Source of the DNA: Chiloscyllium plagiosum
Taxonomy: Eukaryota
Assembly (NCBI RefSeq): GCF_004010195.1
Contig: NC_057750.1
Location: forward strand, 5,480,595 to 5,544,594
Reading direction: 5' to 3'
DNA: 64,000 nt
Part shown: positions 48,069-60,988 of the stretch, piece after piece
Layout: the number at the start of each line of letters is the position of its first letter
Numbering within the stretch: the first letter of the stretch is position 1
Made by a program: the position numbers and the translations under genes
Notes under the pieces: generated by a model
What the model was told of the DNA's origin: nothing
Seen by the model: only the letters and a program-made list of their open reading frames with translations
The model's database searches: none

Positions 48069-51000
48069 TTTTCACATGAATACAGATTGTGGTTCTCCCC
48101 AGTGTCCTGTACAATATTCAGAGAGCTGTATGAAGTAACTGAGTGCTAGATTCCCTGTTTGTAATTCCCATATCAGACCAGCGCAGACATTCGAGCATCA
48201 CAGGGCAGAAGACACACATGGTTGTCCAATGAACTAAATGTGGTCTAGGGATAAGGAGTCAGTCACTTAGCCCCTTGCTCCTTACTCATCATTCCTTGAG
48301 TTCTTGTCTGAGCTGCAACTGAGCTCCACTTGCCTTCCTTTGACTCCTATTCATGCCTTTGGCCAACAGACTAAATTTGATTCATAATTAATAATGGATT
48401 TAGCTAGCACTTGTTGCTGTCTTTGGAAATGAGTTCCAAACCTCTATCTTCACTCTTTGCCTATTGTTTCATAATTTTATCTCTTCTGCTTTCTGACCTT
48501 CTCATTGTTCTACAGTGCCTCCAGCTGCCTACCTATGGCATAAAACCCATCCTATTTCTACCACCCTTTTCATACTGAAGAGGAACCGCACTCAACCCTC
48601 CGTGTTGACTCTGTTTCTCTCTCAACACACGCCACCAGACCTGCTGAGTTTCTCTGGCACTTTGGCAGGCGATGAACGATAGAAAATGAAAAGTGTTTCT
48701 TGATTCCACTCCTGAAAGGTCTGGCTGCAGCACCAAAAAAAAAACATAAGGCAGAATAACTTTACAATGGTGCCGTGTACCTAACAATTAACTGATATCA
48801 AGAGTAGGCCATTCAGCCCTTTGAGCCTGCTGTGCCGTCTTAGATCATGGCTGATTTACCTCAAAGCTATTTTCTCTTGAAACCTATGGATTTCTGTCTT
48901 GAAACTACTTAAGTGTTTGGGCCTCCAACCTTCTGAGGTCAAGAATTCCAAAGATTTACTAACCCCGAGAGTGAATAAATCCCCCCCCCCTTTACTGTGA
49001 AACTGAGACCCACAGCCAGTGAAACATTCTTTCTACATCCACACGGTTGAGTCCTTTTAAGAATTTTGTAAGTTTCCGTGAGATTGGGCCTGTTTTCTTC
49101 AGAGGCAATCTCTCCTATTATAAAGAAAGACTATTTAATCAGAATGATTTGTCCCTATTTTAGCATCAACTTATTTATTTAATACTTACAACATTTTCGC
49201 TCCATATCTACAAGTTCATTTTTGAAGGATTCCTGAGTATCATTTCAAAATTTACCCATAGCAGTTTCCACTGATGCCTGTTAAGAGTGGAATAAGAACA
49301 GGAAGAGGCCATTCAGCCCCTTAAGACATGCAATATGATCATGGCTAATCCAACACTCCTCACGTCCACAATCCTGCCCTTTCCCTGTAACCCTTGATTT
49401 CCCCTACTGATCAAGAATCTCTCTCTCTCTCTCTCTCTCAGCCTTAAAGCAGCAATTTAAGTAATAGTTGGTATTTAGCCTTTTTTATTCCCTTCAACAT
49501 TCTTTTGCTCTGCAGTAAGATTACCACTCAAGACTTTTTGGCCAACTGAGACCTTTCACTCTTAAGAATCAGGTGCATGATTTCTAAAGTGACTTTGCCT
49601 GAATGCTCTCTGTATTTGTAGATTATGCAGCTTTCTGTTTGTTTCTATTTTCCCTGTTTCACCTCTTGAAATCTCTCTCAAACCAATTGCACAGCAACAC
49701 TTGAGAAATCTTTGCTGTTTTTAATCTTGTCTGTGACTTTCAGATGACCCTCCCCTGTGCTGCTTGTGTAATGATGTCTGGAGAATTAAAGACTGACCAG
49801 CTACTGTGGATTTTGACCTAGTCAGTTCATGTCCATTTTTAAACATGTTTTTATTAATTTTTTTTTACTTAATTTTGAGGTAAATGTAATGGCAAACTGG
49901 ATGTAATTCAAGAGTGAAATGTGTTTGTGGGAAATTTGTGGTGTCTTGTGAAATCTGGTTCTGAATTATCAGCTCGGGGCATGAGGAGGTCATTCAGTCC
50001 CTTGTGCCTGCTCCACTGTACAGTAAGATTGTGGCTGATCTTATCAGGTCCAAAGTTCCACTTTCCTGTCTCGCCACTAAACTAAGAAATCCATCCAACT
50101 CGCCCTTAAATAAATTCAGCCTTTGCTGTTTTCCGGGGATGGCCTGGGATGTGTTGACGGTACCCCTGGGTGACTAAAACTTGCAACAGTGCCACAGTTT
50201 CTGCTGCCATCTGTATGACGTTGTGACCAATGCTTGCAAATACTGTGCTTTTTTTTTATTTCCAGTGGCTAAATTCTCACAACTTGATACAATGCTTCAG
50301 ATTTAGTTTGAGGAATCCATTTTTACGATCCATTTTTATTTTAGCGTTTGTTTTGGTTTGGGTTCCGGTGAGCTCAATCCCAGTTAGTCGTCAAATTCAT
50401 TTCCTCACTATCAACTAATACGGTGCTGTCGAGGATAGCAGGAACCTTTTGTAATACTGAGAGTTTTACCTGTGCCACACTGAGCTGGATGTTGAAGCTG
50501 TAACTTGTGGATGACTTAGTAACCTCCTTGCTGTAGCTCTCCTACATCCCAATCTTGAATTAAAAAACTCAATGCTCAATCAGCATCCAGAACTAATAGT
50601 GCAGTTGATATTCTGACCATTTGGTTTCAGACACCTTTTGATATCAGACTTGCAGCTGTGTCTGATTTTCACCAAGGCAGCTTTAACCTATAGCAAAGGT
50701 TCTTTCGTACTTAATGAGGTATGAGTAGTGCATAGTTACTACAAAGCTGGTAGTTTAAAAGTGAGGTGGAAGGTGCTTATTTTAGTTGTAGGTTCAGTGG
50801 CCATCCTATGGTCATAATTAAACTGCTTCTAACTTCAGACTCAGCATTAATTTCTGCAACTCTTCCTTAGTCCATCGCCACCATCAACAGGAAGAGTGAT
50901 AAAGATTTGGTAGACAGCTACAATTTACTGTTGTCCTTAAGCATGCTTGGTGGGCAAGCCTACTGTTACTAGGCTTCATTATATTCCAGTTTTAAAACAT

Positions 51001-53258
51001 CACATTGTCATCAATAGATTTTATTTATAATTATTTTACAATGTTTTGTAAATAAATCTTTTATTACAAGATAAGTGGGCATTCCAGTCATTAAAGCAAA
51101 GATCACACTGCTAAGCTGAGACCATACACACACTCGCAGATCTCTGTCTACTGCCACATGACACTCCACACCTGGCCTTTGCAATCTTGGAATGAGCAGA
51201 GATTGCTGGGGGAGGGATGGACGGAGAAGCTGAGAGGGTCACAGTCTAATGTCAAGAGTCAAGTAACCATTGCTTTTTCTAAAAAAAAATGCAGGAGCCA
51301 AAGTCCTACTGGACCATAGGTACACAGTCACATCGAAGTGAGAGAGAACTGGTGGTGGTTTAACCTGAGTTACTATGGTTCAGGCTAGGGGAAGTGGTTG
51401 AGAAGGAGAAGCCTTCATGGTAACTTCAGCTAGTGTAGGAATTGAACCTATGCTGTTGACATCACTATCACAGACCAGTGTTTGCCACTGAAAGGTAGCA
51501 TCTCCAACACTGTACCAGTGACACAGTACTGTACTGGGAGTATTAGTCAAACGTACTATGCTCCAGTCTCTCTGAATTGGGACTTGATGTACAGGCAAGT
51601 GAGCTTTCCTCTAAGCCACAGTTGGCCTGCATGTGAAATTTGGAGGTACACCACACTAGCCATTTTAACAGGGCCACACCACTCCCAGCCACTGTAATGC
51701 TGATGAAACTGTAACACTTTAGTCCATTTGTACAATTGTATCATTACAAGTGACAATTTGGCCTGCACAAATTTATTTTTGATGTGAAAACATCTTAATG
51801 AAGCCAATGGCTAATACTCAAGTGTATTTTCAATAAAAGTGGTACTTGAGAAAGTGGTCATAGAGCAAGCATAATTCTAAATCAACTGACATGACTACAA
51901 AGTGCTGAGTCTCCCTGCATCATGTTGCCAATTTGAGAACCAAGCTAAAATGGTTTAAATACACCCTTAATTCATTACCCCAGGCAGACACCTAACATTT
52001 ACTCAAGCATCACCCACCTTCGAACACTCCTGGGATTAAACCACAGATTCAGAAAGGCCTTTTTTGCCGCAGTGAGTTTGCACAGCTCAACTTGATGTTG
52101 TACATCTATGTACTTCAGCAAAATATTAATATTGTGGCAGGATTGAGGAGAAAGGTACAGGGGAGGAACCTCAATCCGTTCCCACCAACAAAAAAAAAAC
52201 ATGCTACAGTTAATAGAATGGAAACCAAATTCAGCCCTTTACTGCTGAAATTTATAACTCCATCAGAAATGAAGAAACATGATCAACTTTTTACTTGTAA
52301 ATAATCACTGGCTCGGACACTAACACCAGGTGAGTCTAACTGCAATATAAGATCAGGAGGTGGGATACTAAGGGCAGACATCCGTTCCCTGTCTGAAGCT
52401 GTTGGGGTGCCATGTCATTTCTTTACATAAATTTGCATTTGGTATCCCTTTAAAATTTTACCCATTGTCTTGTTACTGGACATATTTAGCATACTGTTAA
52501 AAGATTGCAAGAAAGAAAAGTCACAGTTCATCCTAATGGTGTGAGATGTATGTTTCTTGTCATTGTCCAGTCTTAAAATCTTTAATACATCCTCTGTTCC
52601 AGGCGTACACAGAACTAAAATGCAGACAGGAACATAAACTCAAATGTGGCAACGTTGCATGTTGAGAAATACACTGTTTGGCCAAAATTCCCAAAGACAA
52701 TAGTGTTTTCCAGGCAGTGGACGCTATTATGGACGAGACAGAGAGACTTGCTTTACTCAAACAAGGCAAGTCAGGGTGACACTGGTTCCCAAAGGCAGTT
52801 TCTGCAAGGCACTGTTATGAGTCTATCATTCCTTCCAGCTGATGGTTCTTCCCGTGTGAAGTCGCTACGTGGCATGAAACTGAGAATGAAACCAGGGAAT
52901 GGTTTGACGCAACCTGGCAAAATTTAAACTCATGATTGCCAAACTGTTACAGGGGTTCCAAGGCACACACGCTGTGATAGCCCAAACAATGGTTTATACA
53001 GCCATGAATTCGAACAAAAGTACAAACAGGACTAAGGAATTTACAGCATCAACGTGTGTGCATGTCAAAATTGGAGGTATTTATAGCAGGCAAGTGATTA
53101 GTCTTCAGTGCTCAAACCCCCCCTGCTCCCACATCCCAATATAGCAGGACTCACTTGGAAGAGTTTTTTAAAACCCAAGCAGTTGTCTGAACTGGGGGCA
53201 ACTTTCATCCCCATCAAGGAGTTTTTTTTTCCCAACCGTCAAACCTCGGCTCAGAGTG

Positions 53259-53584
53259 CTACTTCGAGGGCTGAGGGAGTGAGTGGATAAGACGATTGTT
53301 TTCTCGGATCCGGGCATCAAGTTCCTCGATAGTCAGGGAGAGCTGGGCAACCTGCTCCTGCAGGTTCTGCAACGTGCTGTTCAGTTCCTCCTCTTTTCTT
53401 GCCGCGTTGGTGGACTGCCTCATGTACTCGGCAAAGATGCAGGCGCCTCCGATGAAGAATACAATGCCCTCTCCCAGAAGCTCAGCGCCCAGTTCTGCTG
53501 CGACCTCCTCGCTCAAGGGTTGCACCATACCACTTTTGAACCCCATGATCCTCATCTTGGTTTTCATTTCAATCCAGTGATAGG
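53259..53584 (-). CDS. OPA3: OPA3 coding exon 2
   Basis: Acceptor tttctgttgcag; [18 protein letters not shown]...LPQPSK then TAG (ORF track 53259..53567). Confidence 0.95.
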
Positions 53585-55607
53585 CTGCAACAGAAAGGCC
53601 ACCAGGTCAGGTTGCAGTCTCTATCTCAACATCTGTTACAGGACTTCTGCTGCCTCCCGAACAGTCCATCTCCAACACCTAGTTGACTTTCTATCCCCAG
53701 ACTGTGCTAAATTCACCTCCATCACCAAAGGCTATGCACACCATGACTGACATTCCACATTCTAGTTAAAACCAACTAGAGCTTCTGCTTGCAATCACTA
53801 TCCAATCATGCCCTTCCCCAGATCTTGCTTGAAGGTATGTATACTCGATCAGATTTACCTATGATGCCCTCTGTGGTTGAACAGATAGCCAACTTTCAAA
53901 ATTCTACCTTGGGCAATTAGAGCTGAAACAGAGCCCTGGCAGATGGGAATGTTATCAGCATTTTGGGTGTTGAAGTCAATCAAGGAGTGCATGCACAAAT
54001 TATTCCTTTCACCGCCCTATCTGAAATTACAGCTTTCCTGAGGAGAATCTGTTGAAGGGCCCAAATCCAGTGAAATTGACAGTAACTCGTAGCAGTCCAT
54101 TCCTATGTGGCCAGATTCACAACTCCAAAGCCTGCCTATCAATTACCCTCACCACCTTATTTACCCCGTCCCCTGCACTCTTACTTTCCATTGCTCCTCC
54201 TCAGACCCTCTCATCCATTCCCCACCCCAACAAACCTTCACCCTTCCCTCCTCTCCCCTTGAATCTATCTTTAGTGACTTGGCCTCCATAGCCTTCTGTA
54301 TCCTAGAGCTGTACAGCATAGAAATGGTCTCTTTGGTCCAACTTGTCCATGCCAACCAGATATCTTAAACTGAAACACCCATTTGACCCATATCCCTTTA
54401 AATCCTTCCTATTCATTTTAAATGTAACTGTGTGAGCCTCCCCCACTTCCTCTGGCAGCTCATTCAATACATGTGAAATGAATGAAAACATTCATTCTGT
54501 GTGAAAACATTCCCCCTCAAGTCCCTTTCAAATCTTTCCCCTCTCACCTTAAATCTATGCTTTCTATTTTTGGACTCTGCTACCCTGGGGAAAAATTTGT
54601 CTATTAGCCCTATCCATGTCCATCATGATTTTATAGCCTCTATAAAGGTCACCCTCAGCCTCCGACGCTCCAGGGAAAACAGCCCCAGCCTGTTCAGCCT
54701 CTCCCTGTAGCTCAAATCCTCCAACCCTAGCAACATCCTTGTAAATCTTTCCTGAACCCTTTCAAGTTTCACAACTTCTTTCCGATAGGAAGGAGACCAG
54801 AATTGCACGCAATATTCCAACAGCGGCCTAACCAATGCCCTGTACAGCCGCAACATGACCTTCCAACTCCTGTACTCGATACTCTGACCAATAAAGGAAA
54901 GTGTACCATATGCTTTCCTTCATTCTTCCCATCAACCAACTTGGTCATACCCACCAACTGTGTTCGCCTATCTCTACCTCACCGCCCTACCCCTCTCCCC
55001 ACCCTTTTATCTGCAGTTCCCCGTACCTCTAACCTCAGTCCTGAAGAAGGGATATACCCAGAATGTTGACTCCTGGAGCCTCCTGCCTGTCTACCTTGGA
55101 TTCCAGCATCTGCAGGGTTTTATTTTTGTCTCTTTATCCTATCTAGTCCACTTTCAAGGTATTATTAAACAGAGTGAAAATGCTCAGGGAGCCTGTACTG
55201 ATGCGATGGGCTGAGTGGCCTCCTGCACCATTCTATAGTGGTTCCTCTCTCAAGCCTCAAAGTGACATTCACCAGGAACCACCCCCCTCCCCCAGCTGTC
55301 GATCAGCGCCACCGACAACGTGATTGGTCAAGGCGCCGGTCCTGCGGCCCCCATTGGCCGGATGGCTGTCTGTCACCGACGGCGGAGGGGAGGCTTCCGG
55401 CGATCAGGCCCCGCCCCCTCACCGAGCGGCCTACCCGCTTCAGGCTGAGTCGCTGCCTCACTCACCCTGCGCCGGCGGCAAGCAGACATAACGCTTAAAG
55501 AACTCATTCCTCCGGGCGTTAGCCTTGATGGAGTTGGCGAGCGGTCGGCTGACCTGGCGGATCCCGAGCATCAGCAGCTTGGCGATGGGGAACGCGCCGA
55601 CCACCAT
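53259..55607 (-). CDS. OPA3: Optic atrophy 3 protein (mitochondrial), 2 coding exons, 155 aa
   Basis: Exon 1 55607-55466 (142 nt, same length as recalled human coding exon 1) and exon 2 53584-53259. Protein [25 protein letters not shown]...[24 protein letters not shown]...[15 protein letters not shown] is typical OPA3. Confidence 0.96.
54300..54915 (-). mobile_element. CR1 3' fragment in the OPA3 intron
   Basis: [23 protein letters not shown]. Confidence 0.85.
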
Positions 55608-55720
55608 GGCGACCGCCTTCGTCACTTCCGCAGGACACGTCCCGCCCTCACGATGACGTCATTCGAGCCGCCCCTTGTGACGTTACATCACCCATAGAAC
55701 GTCATTCTCTTAAAGGGCTA
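55280..55720 (-). promoter_or_regulatory. CpG-island promoter of OPA3
   Basis: CpG-rich; ETS/GABP site CGGAAGTG (- strand, about 55623-55630), perfect CRE palindrome ATGACGTCAT 55653-55662 and GC boxes immediately 5' of the ATG. Confidence 0.75.
55466..55607 (-). CDS. OPA3: OPA3 coding exon 1
   Basis: gccATGG Kozak; [47 protein letters not shown]; donor gtgagt. Confidence 0.95.
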
Positions 55721-55789
55721 GTGCCCAACACTCCATCCTTTACAACAATAAAGTCCATTTGTTAACATAACCTTTGATAATCATCACTT

Positions 55790-56930
55790 AAGACCATAAG
55801 ATATTGGAGCGGAAGTTAGGCCATTCAGCCCATTGAGTCTGCTCCTCCATTCAATCATGGCTGATAAGTTTCTCAACCCCATTTTCCCACTTTCTCCCTG
55901 TAGCCCTTGATCCCCTTGACAATCAAGAACCTATCTATCTCAGTCCTAAATATACTCCATGACCTGGCCTCCACAGCCTTCTGTGGCAGTGAATTCCATA
56001 GATTCACCATTGTCTGGCTGAATAATTTTCACTTTATTTCCAATCTGAAAGGTCTTCCCTTTACTCTAAGGCTGTGCCCTCAGGTCTTAATATTTCCTAC
56101 CAATGGAAACATCTTCCCAACATCCGCTCTGTCTAGGCCATTCAGTATTCTGCATATTTCAATTAGATCCCCTCCTTCTAAACTCCATCGAGTATAGACT
56201 CAGAGTCCTCTAGCGTTCCTCATGTGTTAAGCTATTCTTTCCTGGGACCATTCTCGTGAATCTCCTCTGAACACGCTCCAGGGCCAGTACATCCTTCCTG
56301 AGACATGGGGCCCGAAACTGCGCACAATACTCCAAATGTGGTCTGACCAGAGCCTTAGAGAGCCTCAGAAGTACATACCTGCTTTTATGTTCAAGTCCTC
56401 TCAAAATAAATACCATCATTGCATTTGACTTCCTAACTACTGACTCAAGTTGCAAGTTTACCTTGAGTGGATCCTGGACTAGAACACCCAAGTCTCTTTG
56501 CACTTCAGACTTATGAATTTTCTTCCCTTTAGAAAATACTCCATTCCTCTATTCTTCCTACCAAGATGCATGACCACACACTTTCCCACATTGTACTCCA
56601 TCTGCCACTTATTTGCCTGCTCTCCTAACCTGTACAAATCCTTCTGCAGCCTCCCAGTCTCCTCAATGCTACCTGCCCCTCTTCCTATCTTTATCATCTG
56701 CAAACCTAGCCAGAATTCCCTCAGTTCCTTCATCTTGATCATTAATGTCTAAAGTGAACCCAACACTGAACCTTGTGGAACACCACTTGTCACTGGCTGC
56801 CATACTGAGAAGGACCCTTTTATCCCCATTGTCTGCTTTCTGCCAGACAGCCAAGCTTCTATCCATGCTAGCACCTTGCATTTGATACCATGGGCCCTTA
56901 TCTTACTCAGTAACCTCCTGTGCAGCATCA
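55790..56930 (-). mobile_element. CR1 fragment
   Basis: [39 protein letters not shown]. Confidence 0.85.
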
Positions 56931-57179
56931 TTTGGATGGGTATATGAATAGGAAGGGTTTGGAGGGATATGGGTCAGATTGAATGTTCTGTAGACAAATC
57001 ACTACTTCACTTAGAAGATATAGAATCGTGGAATCCCTACAGTCCAGACAGAGGCCATTCGTCCCCTTTAGTATGCACCGGCCCTGCAAAGAGCATCTCA
57101 TCCAGACTTGCTGCCCCACCCTATCCCTATTGCATGACACTTTGATCTTTTGATATAGATTCTGTGTCTTATCATCCTG

Positions 57180-57436
57180 CCCCACTAGTTACCTGATGAA
57201 AGAGCAGTGCTCTGAAATCTAGTGCTTCCAAATAAACCTGTTGGATTATAACCTGGTGTTGTATAATTTTTAACATTAGCTGAAAATGTGTTGCTGGCAA
57301 AGCGCAGCAGGTCAGGCAGCAGCCCAAGGAGCAGGAGAAACCCTGCTCCTTGGATGCTGCCTGACCTGCTGCGCTTTTCCAGCAACACATTTTCAGCTCT
57401 GATCTCCAGCATCTGCAGTCCTCACTTTCTCCTAGA
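57180..57436. mobile_element. Penelope terminal fragment with hammerhead-like core plus an adjacent palindromic mini-element
   Basis: CTGATGA at 57193 with stem AGAGC/GCTCT and GAAA; long hairpin 57279-57398 with the same tail as 40488-40526. Confidence 0.6.
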
Positions 57437-57498
57437 TGACTTTTCACATTATCCAATTTTAATTTAATTTGCATTACTGTATGGCAACACTAGATGGC

Positions 57499-57758
57499 AG
57501 GATTGCTTGCAAATTCCCCATAAATTGTCCCCATTTCTCCAGATCTCCCTCGATACAACAAGCCATTAGGGTAAACCTAGAGAAGATGGGCAGGCTTCTC
57601 CTTAGAGCAGAAGGGGTGTAGCCGGGGAGGATTGCTTGCAAATTCCCCATAAATTGTCCCCATTTCTCCAGATCTCCCTCGATACAACAAGCCATTAGGG
57701 GTAAACCTAGAGAAGATGGGCAGGCTTCTCCTTAGAGCAGAAGGGGTGTAGCCAGGGA
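57499..57758. repeat. Near-perfect tandem duplication, 129-bp unit x2
   Basis: AGGATTGCTTGCAAATTCCCC starts at 57499 and 57628. Confidence 0.9.
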
Positions 57759-57829
57759 AGGGGTGGGGTGAGAGGCCACGTGTCTGGGAGACTGACACCG
57801 ACTCAGAAATTCAACCCAGAATATTCAAA

Positions 57830-58838
57830 AGTGTGTTTATATTATTGGATGTGTGTGTGTGTGTTTATATATTATATGTGTGTGTGCATGTGTGTTGGGG
57901 TTAATATATTATGTGTGTGTCTATATTATTGAATGTGTGTGTTTATATTATCAAATGTGTATGTGTTTATATTATTAAATGTGTGTATGTGTTCATATAT
58001 TATATGCGTATGTGTTTATATTATTGAATGTATGTATATCTTTATATTATTGTATATGTGTGTTTACATCATTGAATGTGTGTGTATGTGTTTATATTCT
58101 AGAATGTGTGTGTTTATATTCTTGAATGTGTGTGTATGTGTCTATATTATTGAATGTCTATGTGCATATTATTGAATGCGTGTGTGTTTATATTGAATAT
58201 GTGTGTGTGTTTATATTATTGAATGTGTGTGTTTTTATATTATTGAATGTGTGTGTGTATGTGCTTATATAATTGAAGATGTGTTTATATTATTGAATGT
58301 GTGTGTTTTATATTATTGAAGTATGTGTTTATATTATTGGATGTGTGTGTATGTGTGTGTTTATATTACTGAATGTGTGTGTGTTTTTATATTATTGAAT
58401 GTGTGTGTGTATGTGCTTATATAATTGAAGATGTGTTTATATTATTGAATGTGTGTGTTTTATATTATTGAAGTATGTGTTTATATTATTGGATGTGTGT
58501 GTATGTGTGTGTTTATATTACTGAATGTGTGTGTGTTTTTATATTATTGAATGTGTGTGTGTATGTGCTTATATAATTGAAGATGTGTTTATATTATTGA
58601 ATGTGTGTGTTTTATATTATTGAAGTATGTGTTTATATTATTGGATGTGTGTGTATGTGTGTGTTTATATTACTGAATGTGTGTGTGTTTTTATATTATT
58701 GAATGTGTGTGTTTATATTATTGAATGTGTGTGTATGTATGTGTTTATATTATTGAATGTGTATGTGTTTATAATATCAAATGTGTGTGTTTATATTATT
58801 GGAAGTGTATGTATATGAATGTTTATATTATTGAATGT
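57830..58838. repeat. (GT)n-TTTATATTATTGAAT minisatellite with a 152-bp higher-order repeat
   Basis: 20-30 nt units; marker gtgcttatataattgaagat recurs at 58261, 58413 and 58565. Confidence 0.9.
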
Positions 58839-60334
58839 CACAGAGATGTACAGCACGGAAACAGACCCTTTGGTCCAACCCGTCCATGTCGACCAGATAT
58901 TCCAACCCAATCTAGTTCCACCTGCCAGTACCTGGCCCATATCCCTCCAACACTTCCTATTCATATACCCATCCAAATGCCTCTTAAATGTTACAATTGT
59001 ACCTGCATCCACCACTTCCTCTGGCAGCTCATTCTATACACATACCACCCTCTGTGTGAAAAAGTTGTCCCATAGGTCTCTTTTATATCTTTCCCCTCTT
59101 ACCAAAAACCTATGCCCTCTAGTTCTGGACTCCGCGACCCCAGAGAAAAGACTTTGCCTATTTACCCTATCCATGCCCCTCATAATTTTGTAAACCTCTA
59201 TAAGGTCAGCCCTCAGCCTCCGATGCTCCAGGGAAAACAGCCCCAGCCTGTTCAGCCTCTCCCTGTAGCTCAAATCCTCCAACCCTGGCAACATCTTTGT
59301 AAATCTTTTCTGAACCCTTTCAAGTTTCACAACATCTTTCCGATAGGAAGGAGACCAGAATTGCACGCAATATTCCAACAGTGGCCTAACCAATGCCCTG
59401 TACAGCCGCAACATGACCTCCCAACTCCTGTACTCAATACTCTGACCAATAAAGGAAAGCATACCAAACGCCTTCTTCACTATCCTATCTACCTGCGACT
59501 CCACTTTCAAGGAGCTATGAACCTGCATTCCAAGGTCTCTTTGTTCAGCAACACTCCCTAGGACCTTACCATTAAGTGTATAAGTCCTGCTAAGATTTGC
59601 TTTCCCAAATGCAGTGCCTGCATTTTGGTGTCACCCACAAACTTACTAACTATATCTCTTTTGCTCACATATGTAAATGACAAAAAGTAGAGGACCCAGC
59701 ACCGATCCTTGTGGCACTCCACTGGTCACAGGCCTCCAGTCTGAAAAACAACCCTCCACCACCACCCTGTGTCTTCTACCTTTGAGCCAGTTCTGTAGAT
59801 TAGATTAGATTACTTACAGTGTGGAAACAGCCCCGTCAGCCCAACAAGTCCACACCAACCCTCCGAAGCACAACCCACCCAGACCCATTGCCCTACATTT
59901 ACCCAACACTACGGACAATTTAGCATGGCCAATTCACCTAACCTCCACATTTTTGGATTGTGGGAGTAAACCAGAGCACCCAGAGGAAACCCATGCAGAC
60001 ACGGGGAGAATGTGCAAACTCCACACAGAGTCGCCTGAGGCAGGAATTGAACCCGGGTCTCTAGTGCTGTGAGGCAGCAGTGCTAACCACTGTGCCACCG
60101 TGCCGCCCAATATTCTCCCTGAGATCCTGTACAGTCGCAACATGACCTCCCAACTCCAGTACTCAATACTCTGACCAATAAAGGAAAGCATACCAAATGC
60201 CTTCTTCACTATCCTATCTACCTGCGACTCCACTTTCAAGGAGCTATGAACCTGCACTCCAAGGTCTCTTTGTTCAGCAACACTCCCTAGGACCTTACCA
60301 TTAAGTGTATAAGTCCTGCTAAGATTTGCTTTCC
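58837..60334 (-). mobile_element. Young CR1/HER1 inserted in a minisatellite, running into the gap
   Basis: 164-aa ORF 59034..59528 of CR1 ORF2 C-terminus. Confidence 0.9.
59796..60108 (-). mobile_element. HE1-type SINE inside a CR1
   Basis: Reverse copy with (tagat)n tail. Confidence 0.85.
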
Positions 60335-60798
60335 NNNNNNNNNNNNNNNNNNNNNNNNNNNNNNNNNNNNNNNNNNNNNNNNNNNNNNNNNNNNNNNNNN
60401 NNNNNNNNNNNNNNNNNNNNNNNNNNNNNNNNNNNNNNNNNNNNNNNNNNNNNNNNNNNNNNNNNNNNNNNNNNNNNNNNNNNNNNNNNNNNNNNNNNNN
60501 NNNNNNNNNNNNNNNNNNNNNNNNNNNNNNNNNNNNNNNNNNNNNNNNNNNNNNNNNNNNNNNNNNNNNNNNNNNNNNNNNNNNNNNNNNNNNNNNNNNN
60601 NNNNNNNNNNNNNNNNNNNNNNNNNNNNNNNNNNNNNNNNNNNNNNNNNNNNNNNNNNNNNNNNNNNNNNNNNNNNNNNNNNNNNNNNNNNNNNNNNNNN
60701 NNNNNNNNNNNNNNNNNNNNNNNNNNNNNNNNNNNNNNNNNNNNNNNNNNNNNNNNNNNNNNNNNNNNNNNNNNNNNNNNNNNNNNNNNNNNNNNNNN
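60335..60798. other. Assembly gap (464 N)
   Basis: Run of N. Confidence 1.
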
Positions 60799-60988
60799 GT
60801 GTGTTTATGTTATTGGAAGTGTGTGTGTTTATATTATTGAATGTGCAAGTTTATGTGTGTTTATATTATTCAATACGTGTGTGTGTGTGTGTGTGTATTT
60901 ATATTATTGAATGAGTGTGTGTTTATATTATTCAATGTGTGTGCGTATGTGTGTGTGTTTATATTATTGGAAATTATTGTGTGTATGT
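60799..60988. repeat. Continuation of the same minisatellite after the gap
   Basis: Same gtgtgtttatattattgaat unit. Confidence 0.85.

Noticed and set aside
57830-58838. CRISPR-like repeat-spacer appearance
   Set aside because: Eukaryotic minisatellite; the intervening sequences are just (GT)n, not unique spacers.
60122-60334. Duplicate of CR1 segment about 59395-59605
   Set aside because: Adjacent to an assembly gap and a high-copy repeat; may be a misassembly or another CR1 copy.
60326-60910. 194-aa ORF
   Set aside because: Spans the N gap.
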